Source: an uncultured Pseudomonadales bacterium
Lineage (GTDB): Bacteria; Patescibacteriota; Microgenomatia; UBA1400; MFAQ01
Direction: 5' to 3'
Assembly (NCBI GenBank): GCA_964487665.1
Contig: CAZARR010000001.1
Span: forward strand, 19,982-83,981
Length of the DNA: 64,000 nt
Shown: piece after piece, positions 1 to 10,113 of the stretch
Numbering within the stretch: position 1 is the stretch's first letter
Layout: each line of letters starts with the position of its first letter
Made by a program: the position numbers and the translations under genes
Notes under the pieces: model-generated
What the model was told of the DNA's origin: nothing
The model's input: only the letters and a program-made list of their open reading frames with translations
The model's database searches: none

Positions 1-65
1 ATGCGACCGGGTATAGGTGTACCCGATAACACCGAAGGCATGCTTCCGAATGATGTACTACTCAT
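1..65 (-). CDS. 5' end of an ORF running off the window start (begins MSSTSFGSMPSVLSG...). It would be the next head gene downstream of the scaffold-like gene, possibly the capsid protein.
   Basis: Minus-strand ATG at 65 is open to position 1. Its position follows the portal and scaffold-like genes. No SD seen. Confidence 0.25.
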   Translation of the reverse strand, partial: MSSTSFGSMPSVLSGTPIPGR

Positions 66-138
66 AGTGTACTTTCGTTTTAGTTAATAGATGCTAAAAA
101 AACAAGTCGTGCTAATATACGACTATATCATAAAAGAG

Positions 139-1242
139 TTACTTTTTCTTCTTGTTACTCTGGTCCTTATACTTGTACTTCATGCCGTTATACGTTACCT
201 CATCACTCGCTACGCCACCATCGGCACCGGCACCACTACCGAAGCTATCGAGCTTGTCAAACACTTCCTTGGTTGCTTTGTCGCTGACGTTCTTCAAAGA
301 GCCTTTCTTGTGCTCATACATCAGACGCATCACATCCATCATAAAGACACCATCTTCATTGAGCAGTCGGAACAACTCGGGCTGTCCTGTGTCGCCCTTG
401 ATAGATAGCATCTCCTTGACGTACTGCTTGAAGGCTGCCTTGTCCTCTGACTTGCCATACGGTATGCCACCACCCTTCTCTATGTACTCGCTGGTCTTCT
501 TATCTTCGATGTACTTATCGACCTCTTTGTTGTACTTATCGAGGCTCGCTTTGAAGTGCGCCGTCTCCGCCTCTTTCATCTTAGCAGGTAGCTCATCCAT
601 GCCTTTCTTGTAGTGGCTCACAAGCGCCCCGTCCATCTTCTTGCGCTTCTCCTCGCTCATCTTGGCATAGCGTGCCTCTACCTGTTCTGCGATATGCGCT
701 TCTATCTCATCCTCGTTGTCCGGCAGTGTGCCCGCTTCATGCTCCGCCTTATATATCGTCTTGAACAGATGGTCTTTGACACGGTTATCGCTATCCAACG
801 ATAGCAGGTTGTTATACTGGCTCACTTGCTGATGATATGCGTTAGGATTAATGCCATGACGTAGTGCTGCTGCATAGCTTGGGTTCACCTTAGATAGCCC
901 CTCAAGCATGAGCTCGTTGCGAAACACCTGCTTCGCCTGTTCTATCGTCATGCCCTTGCCTTTGTACTGCTCCACGTCATGCTCTATGCCGTACTGCTTG
1001 AACATACCACTAAGCTGCGCAATGACGTCATTGTTGCCTTTGTTGTCCTGTTGAGCATCACCACCTCCGTTCTCTTGTGCTGCGGTACTATCTTCGCCCG
1101 GCTCTGCGTTGTCGTCAGCATCGTCATCGTCGATATCCAAGTCAGGAATATCGTCGTAGTCGTTTATGTTAAGGTCAACGCCTAAGCCTGTCTCGTCGTA
1201 GTCCAAGTCAGGGATGTAGTCTTCATTGTCTTCAAAGCCCAT
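139..1242 (-). CDS. Acidic protein, putative scaffolding or head-assembly protein
   Basis: 367 aa. The N-terminus is extremely acidic (DYDD/DIDDDDADD) and the centre is K/E-rich and helical. It sits directly downstream of the portal gene. AAGGAG lies 9 nt before the ATG. Confidence 0.35.
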   Translation of the reverse strand: MGFEDNEDYIPDLDYDETGLGVDLNINDYDDIPDLDIDDDDADDNAEPGEDSTAAQENGGGDAQQDNKGNNDVIAQLSGMFKQYGIEHDVEQYKGKGMTIEQAKQVFRNELMLEGLSKVNPSYAAALRHGINPNAYHQQVSQYNNLLSLDSDNRVKDHLFKTIYKAEHEAGTLPDNEDEIEAHIAEQVEARYAKMSEEKRKKMDGALVSHYKKGMDELPAKMKEAETAHFKASLDKYNKEVDKYIEDKKTSEYIEKGGGIPYGKSEDKAAFKQYVKEMLSIKGDTGQPELFRLLNEDGVFMMDVMRLMYEHKKGSLKNVSDKATKEVFDKLDSFGSGAGADGGVASDEVTYNGMKYKYKDQSNKKKK

Positions 1243-1282
1243 GATGTTTACTCCTTGTGTTTATGTGTGTGTGATTGGTTAC

Positions 1283-3880
1283 CTACTTACTCTTACCGGC
1301 GCTGCTCTTCGGCTTGCCACTGTTGCTGCTACCCATGCTACCTTTGATGCGTGCCTCCATCGTCTTGAGCATCATCTCCAAGCTCTTGTTCTTATCCTCC
1401 AAGCCCATCTGCTCACGTTGCAATCTAAGGTACTCCGCCTCGATGCTCTGCTCTACGTTGATGCTATAACGCTTGGTCTGCTCCTGCTGCTCGGCAATGT
1501 CCTTACGTACCTGTAGCTCATTAGCATCCATCTGCGCCTCCATCTGTGCCTTACGCATCGCTATCTCACCTTTCAACTGCTCCAACTGCTGCAAGACACC
1601 GCCCTTGACTTGCTCTATCTGGGCGTCTATCTGTGCCTGCATCTGTGCCTGTTGCTGTGCGAAAGCGAGTGCCTGTTGCTGCTGCTGCTGCTGTGTGCCC
1701 TCCACCGTCTTACGCATCTTATCCTCAAAGTCCTTCAATGCTATTCGTATGTCGTGAATGCTCTTCATATCGACAAGCTGTAACATCTGCCCCATCGTGA
1801 TGCTACCATTCTGTACCATAACGTCAATGGCAGCATGTACACGCCCCATGCTCTCCTTAGCCCATCGTGTGCTACCGACACGCGCCGCGAACTGCTCATC
1901 GACACCTTTGGGGTACGATACGATGCGCTGGCGACCATTATCAATGAGTACCTTACGAGTACCATTGCGATAGCAGATAGGAAAGACGTTGCATAGCATC
2001 TCATAGACACGCTCCCATAGACGCTCATGCTCCTGCGGGTATATCTCCACCGATGCGTTACTCATAGCGAGACCCATCTGATACGTACCTACTTGGTCTG
2101 TCTGTATCACCTGTCCCTGCTGCTGCGGCGTAACACCTGTTATCATACGCACCATAGCTTCGAGCATCATCTTCGCTTCATTCAGTATGCCCAAGCCCTG
2201 CGATATGCTATTGTCGTACTGTTGAAACTGGTTGTACGATAGGTTCTTACGCTTGCCATCTTTCGTCACCGTCTCGATGAAAGCGATACCTTGCTGCACG
2301 TAGTATATCCACTCTGCCGGGTCCATGCCATCGGGCATCTGGCTCTTATCCATGATGAAGCCCTTGACACCAGCGAGCAGTATCAACGTCTCCTCCTTGA
2401 AATGTAAGATGTTGTATAGCTCCTGTATGTCGCGCGTCTCCCATACGAGGCTATGAGGCTGCCAGAAGCGACAGTAAGCACGACCGATGAGCGGTAGGTA
2501 CACCTTAGAGAATGAGTTGATAGGGCGTGGCTGCCATAGGCTCTTACGCATGATAGGGTATATATCACCCTCATGACCGATGCGTACCGTATGCCATAGG
2601 TCTGTACGGAAGCGTGTCACTACCTTATCGCCGTCTTTCTTCTTATACCCTTCCTCCTGTATCTCGTACCATTGCTCTCCCTCTTCGTCGGTCTTCACCT
2701 TAGCATTGATGCGTACCTGCTCCTTATGCCACACCTTATATACAGGCACCGTTGCGCCACGAAGGTAATACTCTCTCTCATTGTATCCAACAGATGATAG
2801 CATACGACCATCGGGAAGCACGGGAACCCAGTGGCTCTGGTGCCATGAGTTCGATAGTAGCCTTTCGCGTATGTAGTCAGTCTCCTCTTCCGTTAGTAGG
2901 TGTCCGTAGTTATCCAACACCTGCCCAAACGTCATAGGGTCATAGACGACAGTCCAGTCTAACTCCTCGATTCCATACGTACTCTCGCTCATCTGATAGT
3001 ACACCTGCTCGGGGCGATAGTACTTGGTCTCCGCCTCTATCATACCCGGCTCCCACCATACACCGATGATAGGCTCGTCCGTTATCATCTTCTCCTCGAA
3101 GGTGCGGACGTACATCTCCTCTATCCTATTGCGTTGTATGTACTCCATCAATAGGCTCTCGGTACTCTGCTCATAGATATCTTGATACGAATACTCGTAG
3201 TAGTTCTGTAGCTTCTGCCGCTCCTCCTCTGTCATCTGTAACTGCACATCGACCATCATGCGAGCCTGCTCTATGACGGCACGTAGCTGTGGTAGCACCT
3301 CACCGATGCGCGGGTCTTGCTGCTCCATCTGCTCCATCTGTGCCATCATCTGCTCCTGCATCTCGACACCCTTGCGGTATAGGTGGAACCCGATAAGGCG
3401 AGCCTGCAAACGCTGCTCCCTGTCTTGACGTATCTTATCCATGAAGGCATCGAGCTTACCTTGTACCGCCTGTGTGCTGACACTATAGACGCGCACATTG
3501 ACAGGTCTATCGCTGATGCGACTGATGAGCGACTGTAACATAGGACGGACGATAGGCATGTGTCGCACACGAGCAGGCGATGTAAGTGTCATGGTACGCA
3601 TCTCACCTGTCTCTGTATCACGGTACTCCTTATCTACGTTACGATATAGGTAGTCGTAGTCCATGCCCTCGTTGTTGTTGTTCCACAAGCGGCGACAATA
3701 GGCATTACGGCGGTGGCGCACATCATAAGCATCGAGGCTGTTCTCATCGGCACGATAGCCGCTACCGTCAACGTAGAACGTAGAGGCACCTATCATGCGG
3801 TTCACACGAGCCTTGATAGCCGTCATGCGCTCACCCTTGGGTATGCGATAGAGCGGTATGTCTATGTTATAGTTGTTCAT
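1283..3880 (-). CDS. Putative portal protein
   Basis: 865 aa, translationally coupled (ATGA overlap) to the upstream TerL gene. C-terminus has a Q/A-rich coiled-coil tail. Assignment rests on size and position only, not on a portal motif. Confidence 0.5.
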   Translation of the reverse strand: MNNYNIDIPLYRIPKGERMTAIKARVNRMIGASTFYVDGSGYRADENSLDAYDVRHRRNAYCRRLWNNNNEGMDYDYLYRNVDKEYRDTETGEMRTMTLTSPARVRHMPIVRPMLQSLISRISDRPVNVRVYSVSTQAVQGKLDAFMDKIRQDREQRLQARLIGFHLYRKGVEMQEQMMAQMEQMEQQDPRIGEVLPQLRAVIEQARMMVDVQLQMTEEERQKLQNYYEYSYQDIYEQSTESLLMEYIQRNRIEEMYVRTFEEKMITDEPIIGVWWEPGMIEAETKYYRPEQVYYQMSESTYGIEELDWTVVYDPMTFGQVLDNYGHLLTEEETDYIRERLLSNSWHQSHWVPVLPDGRMLSSVGYNEREYYLRGATVPVYKVWHKEQVRINAKVKTDEEGEQWYEIQEEGYKKKDGDKVVTRFRTDLWHTVRIGHEGDIYPIMRKSLWQPRPINSFSKVYLPLIGRAYCRFWQPHSLVWETRDIQELYNILHFKEETLILLAGVKGFIMDKSQMPDGMDPAEWIYYVQQGIAFIETVTKDGKRKNLSYNQFQQYDNSISQGLGILNEAKMMLEAMVRMITGVTPQQQGQVIQTDQVGTYQMGLAMSNASVEIYPQEHERLWERVYEMLCNVFPICYRNGTRKVLIDNGRQRIVSYPKGVDEQFAARVGSTRWAKESMGRVHAAIDVMVQNGSITMGQMLQLVDMKSIHDIRIALKDFEDKMRKTVEGTQQQQQQQALAFAQQQAQMQAQIDAQIEQVKGGVLQQLEQLKGEIAMRKAQMEAQMDANELQVRKDIAEQQEQTKRYSINVEQSIEAEYLRLQREQMGLEDKNKSLEMMLKTMEARIKGSMGSSNSGKPKSSAGKSK

Positions 3881-6081
3881 ACTCTTCGTAGTCCTCCTCT
3901 TGTGTTTACAAAGCCAAACATCGGCATGTCATCACTCGACCTCTCACCTGTATCGCCCGGTATGACACCCATGTGGTTATCGTCAAGCATATGCTCCCAT
4001 GCCAACATATAGGCTATCATCTCGTCGTCATTATACTTCTTAGTCTTACGGTACGCCAAGGCACGCTCTACCTGCTTAGGGTCAACCATGAGGTGAACAT
4101 AGTCTTCTATGTATGAGGCATAGTGTCCCTCCCATACGTGCTTGGTGTTGGGGTCGATACCGTACTTGTTCTGTATGCCGCTGTCTATCATCTCGGCATA
4201 CGTTATCATAGGTCTCTCCTTGAGCAGGAACTCCCAGCCGTTGTTCTTGTACCAGTCGAAAGGAGCATCGTTACTCCACTCGATAAGCACGTTGCAGCGA
4301 CTATAGTACATCTGCGCCATGACACACTGCTCATAGAATAGCTCCTTCTTATTCGGTCTCCACGTCAGCCGTGCAGGGAAGATGTTGTACGTACTATCAG
4401 GCTTATGATACCCCTTGGCTATGACGAAGCAACCCTTCGAGTACGCACTCTCACTCGCCTCGTCCTTGTTGTATGGGTCCATACCCGCCTTGTACAAGCC
4501 ACGATAGAACGGCTCATCGAACAGCACCTCGTAGCCTCTCTCGCCTCCGTTGTTATTCGGTAGCTCCGGATGTTCAATAAGACACCAAGGATACAACGTG
4601 TTACCATCGTGGTCAACAGCACCCTCCATGCCTTTCGGTCGTGGGCACCACCGTACACCTATCGGCTTGACACGCTTACGCATCAATAGCGGTACGTCCT
4701 TCTGCTCCTGCTCCTTGGGGAATATCCACTCGAACCGCCCGTACATCATCTGCTCGCTCTGACGTGCAGCAATGAGTATGCGCTGTTGGTACTCCAGCTT
4801 CTCGACGTTGAAAGGACACTTGCCCGCTATGGTGAACGCCTCCGCCGGTGTAAGTGGCATCTGTGTCTTATACACCGTCTTGTCCTTCTTCTTGGCTCGT
4901 GTCGCCTCGATGAGCTCCATGCCAGACTCCTTGTACGAGTTGCCATCATTGTCCATCACGAGGAACATCCATGCCGGGAAGAAGTGCGCCGTATCGCGTA
5001 TGCCCTCCTCATATACTTGGTCGCTAACGAGTATGTTGTAGTCGACAGGGTTGTAGAACATCTCCATCAACTGTGCTGCCCCAGCATCCATGTCCCCACC
5101 AGTACCACATATCGCTATGATACGACCATCCTGCCGCTCCTGCTCCTTCATGGCAGGTAGTATCATCTCGTACACCGTCTTGAGGTGTCTGTTGATACCC
5201 GCCTCCTCCAGCAAGCAGAACGTCGGTGTCTTACCGTTCGCCGCCTGTACGTTATCCAAGGTGGTGATAGCCTCTATCTGCGACAAAAAGCCCATCGCTG
5301 CGCCTACCTTGTCAGGGAAGCTACACTCGATGAAGTCCTTACGGTCGGGACCACCCTTACGTCGCTTGTAGAACTCACGCCCTGCGTTGACGGTCATAAA
5401 GGCATCTAAGCCAGTCACTACCTTACCCATCGTATTGAGCGAGTAGGTATCCTGACCACCGACGATGAGACCGCGCCCCATAGGATAGAACGTATAGTCA
5501 TACGCTATCATAGCAGCGAAGCACTCCGAGAAGCCAATCTGACGTCGCTTGAGAGCCAATAGGTTAGCATCAGCATCACGAGCCTGCTCAACGAGGTCAA
5601 ACAACTCTTTCTGTAGGTCTATGAAGCGAGGCACTATATAGCCCGCACCACGACCCTTACCACGTATGCGCCAGAAGTTGAGGTAGAAGTAATACTCACC
5701 AGTGATGCGTACACCACCAACCTCGTACCCCTCAAGGCAACGGCGCCGCTGCTCATACCACCACTCCTTGTACCATCGTGGATAGTTATTGCGTATCAGC
5801 TTACGACCCTTGGCTGTAGGGTTATCCCACTGCTGCCACTTGGGGTCGAACTTGGGCATCTGCTCCTCACGGTCATATATGACAGGTTGGAACATCTCAA
5901 CACGACGGAAGCGACCATCGACAAAGCACTTTACCTTCTTCTTATCTACCTGACTGCCCCAGTAGTAACGCTCCGTCAAAGGAGCACTATCGTCCACGAC
6001 CATGTTACGGTCAAGGTCGACAGTGACGCCTGCAAGTGTCCCTATGCCAAGCTTCTCCTTCGCTCGTTTCGCTACTGCCAT
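3877..6081 (-). CDS. terL: Terminase large subunit (T4 gp17-like architecture)
   Basis: 734 aa. Has a deviant Walker A resembling T4 SRQLGKT (LKRRQIGFSE, residues 177-187), a Walker B-like FCLLEE about 105 aa later, and CGTGGD in the coupling-motif position. The C-terminal half is acidic, as expected for the nuclease domain. Confidence 0.6.
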   Translation of the reverse strand: MAVAKRAKEKLGIGTLAGVTVDLDRNMVVDDSAPLTERYYWGSQVDKKKVKCFVDGRFRRVEMFQPVIYDREEQMPKFDPKWQQWDNPTAKGRKLIRNNYPRWYKEWWYEQRRRCLEGYEVGGVRITGEYYFYLNFWRIRGKGRGAGYIVPRFIDLQKELFDLVEQARDADANLLALKRRQIGFSECFAAMIAYDYTFYPMGRGLIVGGQDTYSLNTMGKVVTGLDAFMTVNAGREFYKRRKGGPDRKDFIECSFPDKVGAAMGFLSQIEAITTLDNVQAANGKTPTFCLLEEAGINRHLKTVYEMILPAMKEQERQDGRIIAICGTGGDMDAGAAQLMEMFYNPVDYNILVSDQVYEEGIRDTAHFFPAWMFLVMDNDGNSYKESGMELIEATRAKKKDKTVYKTQMPLTPAEAFTIAGKCPFNVEKLEYQQRILIAARQSEQMMYGRFEWIFPKEQEQKDVPLLMRKRVKPIGVRWCPRPKGMEGAVDHDGNTLYPWCLIEHPELPNNNGGERGYEVLFDEPFYRGLYKAGMDPYNKDEASESAYSKGCFVIAKGYHKPDSTYNIFPARLTWRPNKKELFYEQCVMAQMYYSRCNVLIEWSNDAPFDWYKNNGWEFLLKERPMITYAEMIDSGIQNKYGIDPNTKHVWEGHYASYIEDYVHLMVDPKQVERALAYRKTKKYNDDEMIAYMLAWEHMLDDNHMGVIPGDTGERSSDDMPMFGFVNTRGGLRRV

Positions 6082-6091
6082 ACTATGGTTC

Positions 6092-6589
6092 TTATATCGC
6101 TTCTACCTCGAAGTCTTGTGAAACGGTGAAGTTGAAGCAGTCAGTGAATATCTGCGCTGTAAGATTGAAAGAGCCTATCGTAGTAGTATCTAACTGCAAC
6201 CCTATAATGAAGGTCACGCCAGCAGCTACATTGAAAGGAGTAACTGGTACAGGTGTCACCGTAGCACCAACGGCTACAATGCTTGTTATGACCAACTCAT
6301 TAAGTGGTGTTATGCGTATGTATAGATGTGGCTCTGTGTCCCCCTCTGTAACGACGATAGCATCCAATGTATAGTTGCCGGCACTGTTGATGTTGACGAC
6401 ATCATTGAGAGGCACTTCACTAGGCAGCGTAGTAGTAACAGCCGTTATATCCATAGAGCATGACGGGCAGCATGGGAATAGCTCCTCTGTGCCAGCAGTA
6501 AGAACAGGTGTCTCCTTTGGCGGCTGACAGCATGGCATTAACTGACTACTCAGGTCATTAGGATTCTCGTCGATAGCTCTGCTACTCAT
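6092..6589 (-). CDS. Hypothetical Cys-rich protein (CC..PP / CCPSC motifs)
   Basis: ATG at 6589 has TAAGGAGGT 6 nt upstream. It overlaps the upstream stop by 8 nt. The track's longer version from 6712 has no SD. Confidence 0.5.
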   Translation of the reverse strand: MSSRAIDENPNDLSSQLMPCCQPPKETPVLTAGTEELFPCCPSCSMDITAVTTTLPSEVPLNDVVNINSAGNYTLDAIVVTEGDTEPHLYIRITPLNELVITSIVAVGATVTPVPVTPFNVAAGVTFIIGLQLDTTTIGSFNLTAQIFTDCFNFTVSQDFEVEAI

Positions 6590-7151
6590 GGCGTACCTCC
6601 TTATCGTTTGTAGATTCACCCTTGTCGTCCTGCTTAGGAGCCAAGAGCCGTCCCTTGTGTGTGTCGATGTATTTGATGAAAAAGGCAGCAACAGCCTTCG
6701 GTAGATAGCCAAGGTCTGACATGTGCCTCATGGCACTCGCTACGTTAAGGAACAGTATGAAGAAGAAGTATGCCTTACCGAAGTATGCGAATAGCTCATC
6801 TCCACCTATATCAAAGGCTGTAACTAACGGTTCCATGTTATACGCCAAGGCAAGCGTTATCCAGTATGCAAGGACGCTGACGACGAACTTGGTTGCCTTA
6901 TCGGTTTTGAAGCTCTCGCCCTTGATGACCTTGGCACTCGTAACGGCAAGGATGAAGTCAAGAAGCAGTACACCGGTAAAGATAACCAGTGTCCAAGCGG
7001 GCTTCCATATCCATTGTTCAATGAAAGGCACTTGCATCAATAGGGCGAAAGAGAATGCGAGGGGTAATACAGTGTGCATCTTATAGTGTTTTAGACTTCC
7101 CCACAGGCTACGAGCGAAGTCGGCGGGTGATGAGTAACCAAGTATCTGCAT
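6582..7151 (-). CDS. Multi-pass membrane protein (4-5 predicted TM helices), possibly holin-like or lysis-associated
   Basis: Hydrophobic segments LPLAFSFALLMQVPFI, WTLVIFTGVLLLDFILAV, FVVSVLAYWITLALAY and AYFFFILFLNVASA. The first ATG is at 7151. The track start at 7196 is a TTG. Confidence 0.45.
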   Translation of the reverse strand: MQILGYSSPADFARSLWGSLKHYKMHTVLPLAFSFALLMQVPFIEQWIWKPAWTLVIFTGVLLLDFILAVTSAKVIKGESFKTDKATKFVVSVLAYWITLALAYNMEPLVTAFDIGGDELFAYFGKAYFFFILFLNVASAMRHMSDLGYLPKAVAAFFIKYIDTHKGRLLAPKQDDKGESTNDKEVRHE

Positions 7152-7164
7152 GATAGTGTTCTTT

Positions 7165-8061
7165 TTATGGTATGACAAAGCTTGTTTTGGGGTCAAACGT
7201 CTCTATGTGTTTCATAGCCATCTGTACGCTCCTTTGGCTACGTATTGCATCTGTATCGTAAGGACTGTTCTTGCAATCAGGCAGTCGGTAGAAGCAACGC
7301 TTGACACCATGTATGCTACACACACTCATCTCATGCATCTCGTCTTCCTCCGTTACTCCCTTGCTGAACACACCTACTACCTTGCTAAGCATAGCTATCA
7401 ACCCTTTTGGATAGCCGTCCTCCAAGATAGTACGTGTCGATAGACTAAGCAAGTGCGTACACCATCTGCCACTCTTTATCTCTTTTATCAAGGCATCACC
7501 ACCGGGGTTGTGGTCTCGCCAGCCACCATCAGCCCAGTGCTCTCCCCACATCTCCTCTACCTCTATCCAAAAGGGCACAGCACAGCTTGCAGCGGCGACA
7601 GTAAGCATCTCGTAGTAGCCACAGTCCAATAGGTTGACAAGCACCTCCTCGCCTGTCTCGACACATACGATAGCTGCATATATCGGCTTACATACCGTTG
7701 TTCTATAACGCTGCCATTCCTCTTTGCTGATGTACGATTGTATCACCTCTTTGACACGCTGCTTGCCAAGGTAGTTGCGACCAGTCAAGATATGCCAGTA
7801 CGCCCACCATGACAGCTTACCGCTATTGGTCAATGGTCGGCGGCTCATCCATCGTATCTTACTATGCACAAGGTCAGTATATACCTTATCAGCAACACCA
7901 GTAGCGATAGCAAGGACGGTTAATAGACCACTGCTACTGCCTGCATACCAGTCGGGCTCGTATCCGCAAGATAGACAGTAACGTGCAGAAGCAAGCAATA
8001 CGTCGATGCGACTGCCGCCACCACTACATGATAAACCCTTATATGCGTCATTAGATACCAT
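7165..8061 (-). CDS. Patatin-like phospholipase
   Basis: Oxyanion motif SGGGSRI, nucleophile elbow GSSSG and catalytic DGG (WADGGWRDHNPGG), spaced as in patatin (Ser-Asp about 150 aa). First ATG is at 8061; the track's TTG start is at 8067. Confidence 0.6.
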   Translation of the reverse strand: MVSNDAYKGLSCSGGGSRIDVLLASARYCLSCGYEPDWYAGSSSGLLTVLAIATGVADKVYTDLVHSKIRWMSRRPLTNSGKLSWWAYWHILTGRNYLGKQRVKEVIQSYISKEEWQRYRTTVCKPIYAAIVCVETGEEVLVNLLDCGYYEMLTVAAASCAVPFWIEVEEMWGEHWADGGWRDHNPGGDALIKEIKSGRWCTHLLSLSTRTILEDGYPKGLIAMLSKVVGVFSKGVTEEDEMHEMSVCSIHGVKRCFYRLPDCKNSPYDTDAIRSQRSVQMAMKHIETFDPKTSFVIP

Positions 8062-8806
8062 GCTCAAAGAGTATATCGTCCCATAACGCCGCTATAGCAG
8101 CAATAGCTTGTCCGTTGTTTGCAGTCCAGCCTTTATCTTTCAATCCTAAGCATGTAGTGCCAAGCCAAGGCACAGTAGCAATACCGTCAAACGGAGCTAA
8201 GCCATTGATGTAGTTCGACAAGCCATATCCATACTCAATAGTGTCATAAGGCTGTCCCTTGATACCTTGTTCTTTGTACCAGTCAATCATAGGACCAACA
8301 TCTGTCAACACTGTAAGCATATACTGCGGTATGACACTATGACCATTGACTACGGCTTTGTCAAGACGTTCCTTGCGACAAGTAGTAGCCAGCGGGTGAT
8401 ATGGACGTGTGGCATTCTCCATAGCAACGAAGTCGCCACCGAAGACAGTAACACGCTTCGAGTAAGAACCGATAAGGTAAGAACATACGTATCGCTGCAC
8501 CGTGTTATCAGCTATCGTGTCAATACCTGCGTCTTCATTACCACCGCCAGCAGCTATGACAACCTGCTTCAACGCATCTTTCTTGGATATGAAGTCAGCC
8601 TTGCCTAGTTCGAGACCATTGATAGCTAAGAAGTCAGCTATAGTGCCTACCTTTTGATAACCAGTTTCAGTAGCACTATCGCTCCACTTGTAACCATCAT
8701 CAGTGCCGTTGTCATCATAAGGAGCATCGAGATACGCGCGTACCTCAGTAGGCACTCCTTCAACGTCTATCGTTATTGTCTTTACAAAAAGGTTCAAGTA
8801 TCCCAT
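8051..8806 (-). CDS. Hypothetical protein, possibly a hydrolase or esterase (VVIAAGGGNEDAGID)
   Basis: 251 aa. GGAGGAGG lies upstream of the ATG at 8806. It overlaps the phospholipase gene start. Confidence 0.45.
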   Translation of the reverse strand: MGYLNLFVKTITIDVEGVPTEVRAYLDAPYDDNGTDDGYKWSDSATETGYQKVGTIADFLAINGLELGKADFISKKDALKQVVIAAGGGNEDAGIDTIADNTVQRYVCSYLIGSYSKRVTVFGGDFVAMENATRPYHPLATTCRKERLDKAVVNGHSVIPQYMLTVLTDVGPMIDWYKEQGIKGQPYDTIEYGYGLSNYINGLAPFDGIATVPWLGTTCLGLKDKGWTANNGQAIAAIAALWDDILFEHGI

Positions 8807-8807
8807 G

Positions 8808-10112
8808 TTATACCTCCTCCATTAGTAGTTTGCCGTTAGTGAAGTTGCCAGCCTGTCCGTTATGATACACCTTCATCACAACGTTACCATCAGAGTTGAC
8901 CCAGTTATGAACAACAGAGAACGTATATGTGCGTATTAAGCCACTGCCGTTTTGACTGCTATGCGATAACCTACTCATAGGTATCTCTCCTATGCCGGGC
9001 ACAACAAGCCACATAGTAGTAGTCCATGCCCCGCCACCACTCGGAGCAAAGCTAAGACTATACGTGAACTTGGTTCTACGTTGCAAACCCTCAAGGTTCC
9101 ATGCCTGACTGCTCGTCGCTGTATAACCGTACCCTTGCTCGGCAGTGAAGTTGTTAAGTAGCATATTGTTACCCGCTACGTTGGTGTACCCAGCACTCGA
9201 TATGTTAGTATCGCGCCAAGCATACGCCTTGTGCTTACCCCTCTGCTCAAACGATATAGAACGAGTAGAGGCACTAGTGCGTGTCATACGTACACATATA
9301 GTATCACTCTCACTCACTATGTAAGCAGCAGGGGTGCCGGCAGTGTATCTACCAACAACCCTACTATTGTCCGATGCGTCGGCTGGAATGCAACGTAGCT
9401 TCATGTTGTCGCCCTTATCAACGCAATAGATGTAACGACGGTTTTCGTATCCATCAGCCAAAGCATCAGTGTCAGGTAGTATGATAGAAAATGTGCCTGT
9501 CGTATCTGTTGCTGCGCTGATATTGACAACAAGGTCAAAGCCATCATACAATACGTTAGACCAGTCCAGCGTGTATGTGCCACCAGGTCCTGCAATGACA
9601 GTAGTGAAGTCAGCTTCTGTGATGCGCTTCGTAGCACGAGGAGGTGCGCTTATTGTAGCAGGAGACCATGCACTACCGTCCCACGATAGCACCTGCCCAC
9701 TCGATGGAGCACTCACGCTCGCCGCTCTGCTACCTAACACACGACCTATCGCCTCGATGTCATAATCATAGCTATATGTAACACCACCGGCAGCACCAGT
9801 GATGATAACCTGCACCTTACTTGCAGTCAACTCCGTATCTGTACGACCGCCGCATACCAACTCTATGTCATACGTCCCTGCAACAGCAGCAGCAACGTTC
9901 ATCGTTACACGCAACCCCAAAGGGTAAACACGTAGGTTACTAAGTGCTATGTTGCTTACATCAGGAACACTAACACCTGTCTGCATATCATGTCCAACGC
10001 ATGGTATGTCAACATCGTAGCTACCCGATGTGTTGCCTATCGTTATCACCATAGCAGCGTTGCTACGTGTAGCGATAAGCCTGTTGTCTATGTTATTAGG
10101 TACTATAACCAT
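8808..10112 (-). CDS. Tail fibre or tail protein-like (S/T/G-rich, beta-rich)
   Basis: 434 aa with fibre-like composition. TAA-N-ATG coupling to the upstream tailspike-like gene. Confidence 0.4.
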   Translation of the reverse strand: MVIVPNNIDNRLIATRSNAAMVITIGNTSGSYDVDIPCVGHDMQTGVSVPDVSNIALSNLRVYPLGLRVTMNVAAAVAGTYDIELVCGGRTDTELTASKVQVIITGAAGGVTYSYDYDIEAIGRVLGSRAASVSAPSSGQVLSWDGSAWSPATISAPPRATKRITEADFTTVIAGPGGTYTLDWSNVLYDGFDLVVNISAATDTTGTFSIILPDTDALADGYENRRYIYCVDKGDNMKLRCIPADASDNSRVVGRYTAGTPAAYIVSESDTICVRMTRTSASTRSISFEQRGKHKAYAWRDTNISSAGYTNVAGNNMLLNNFTAEQGYGYTATSSQAWNLEGLQRRTKFTYSLSFAPSGGGAWTTTMWLVVPGIGEIPMSRLSHSSQNGSGLIRTYTFSVVHNWVNSDGNVVMKVYHNGQAGNFTNGKLLMEEV

Positions 10113-10113
10113 G

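Noticed and set aside
152-1185. Plus-strand ORFs (153, 63 and 68 aa) antisense to the scaffold-like gene, and similar both-strand ORF pairs throughout (for example 21280-21819, 38530-39009, 48581-49108)
   Set aside because: They are fully embedded antisense to longer, SD-supported genes, with low-complexity or odd composition. They are typical spurious ORFs.
8051-8806. Macro-domain or SGNH-esterase assignment for the 251-aa protein
   Set aside because: VVIAAGGGNEDAGID is only loosely reminiscent of macro-domain glycine loops. No GDS(L) block or D-x-x-H block is present. The evidence is insufficient to name a family.
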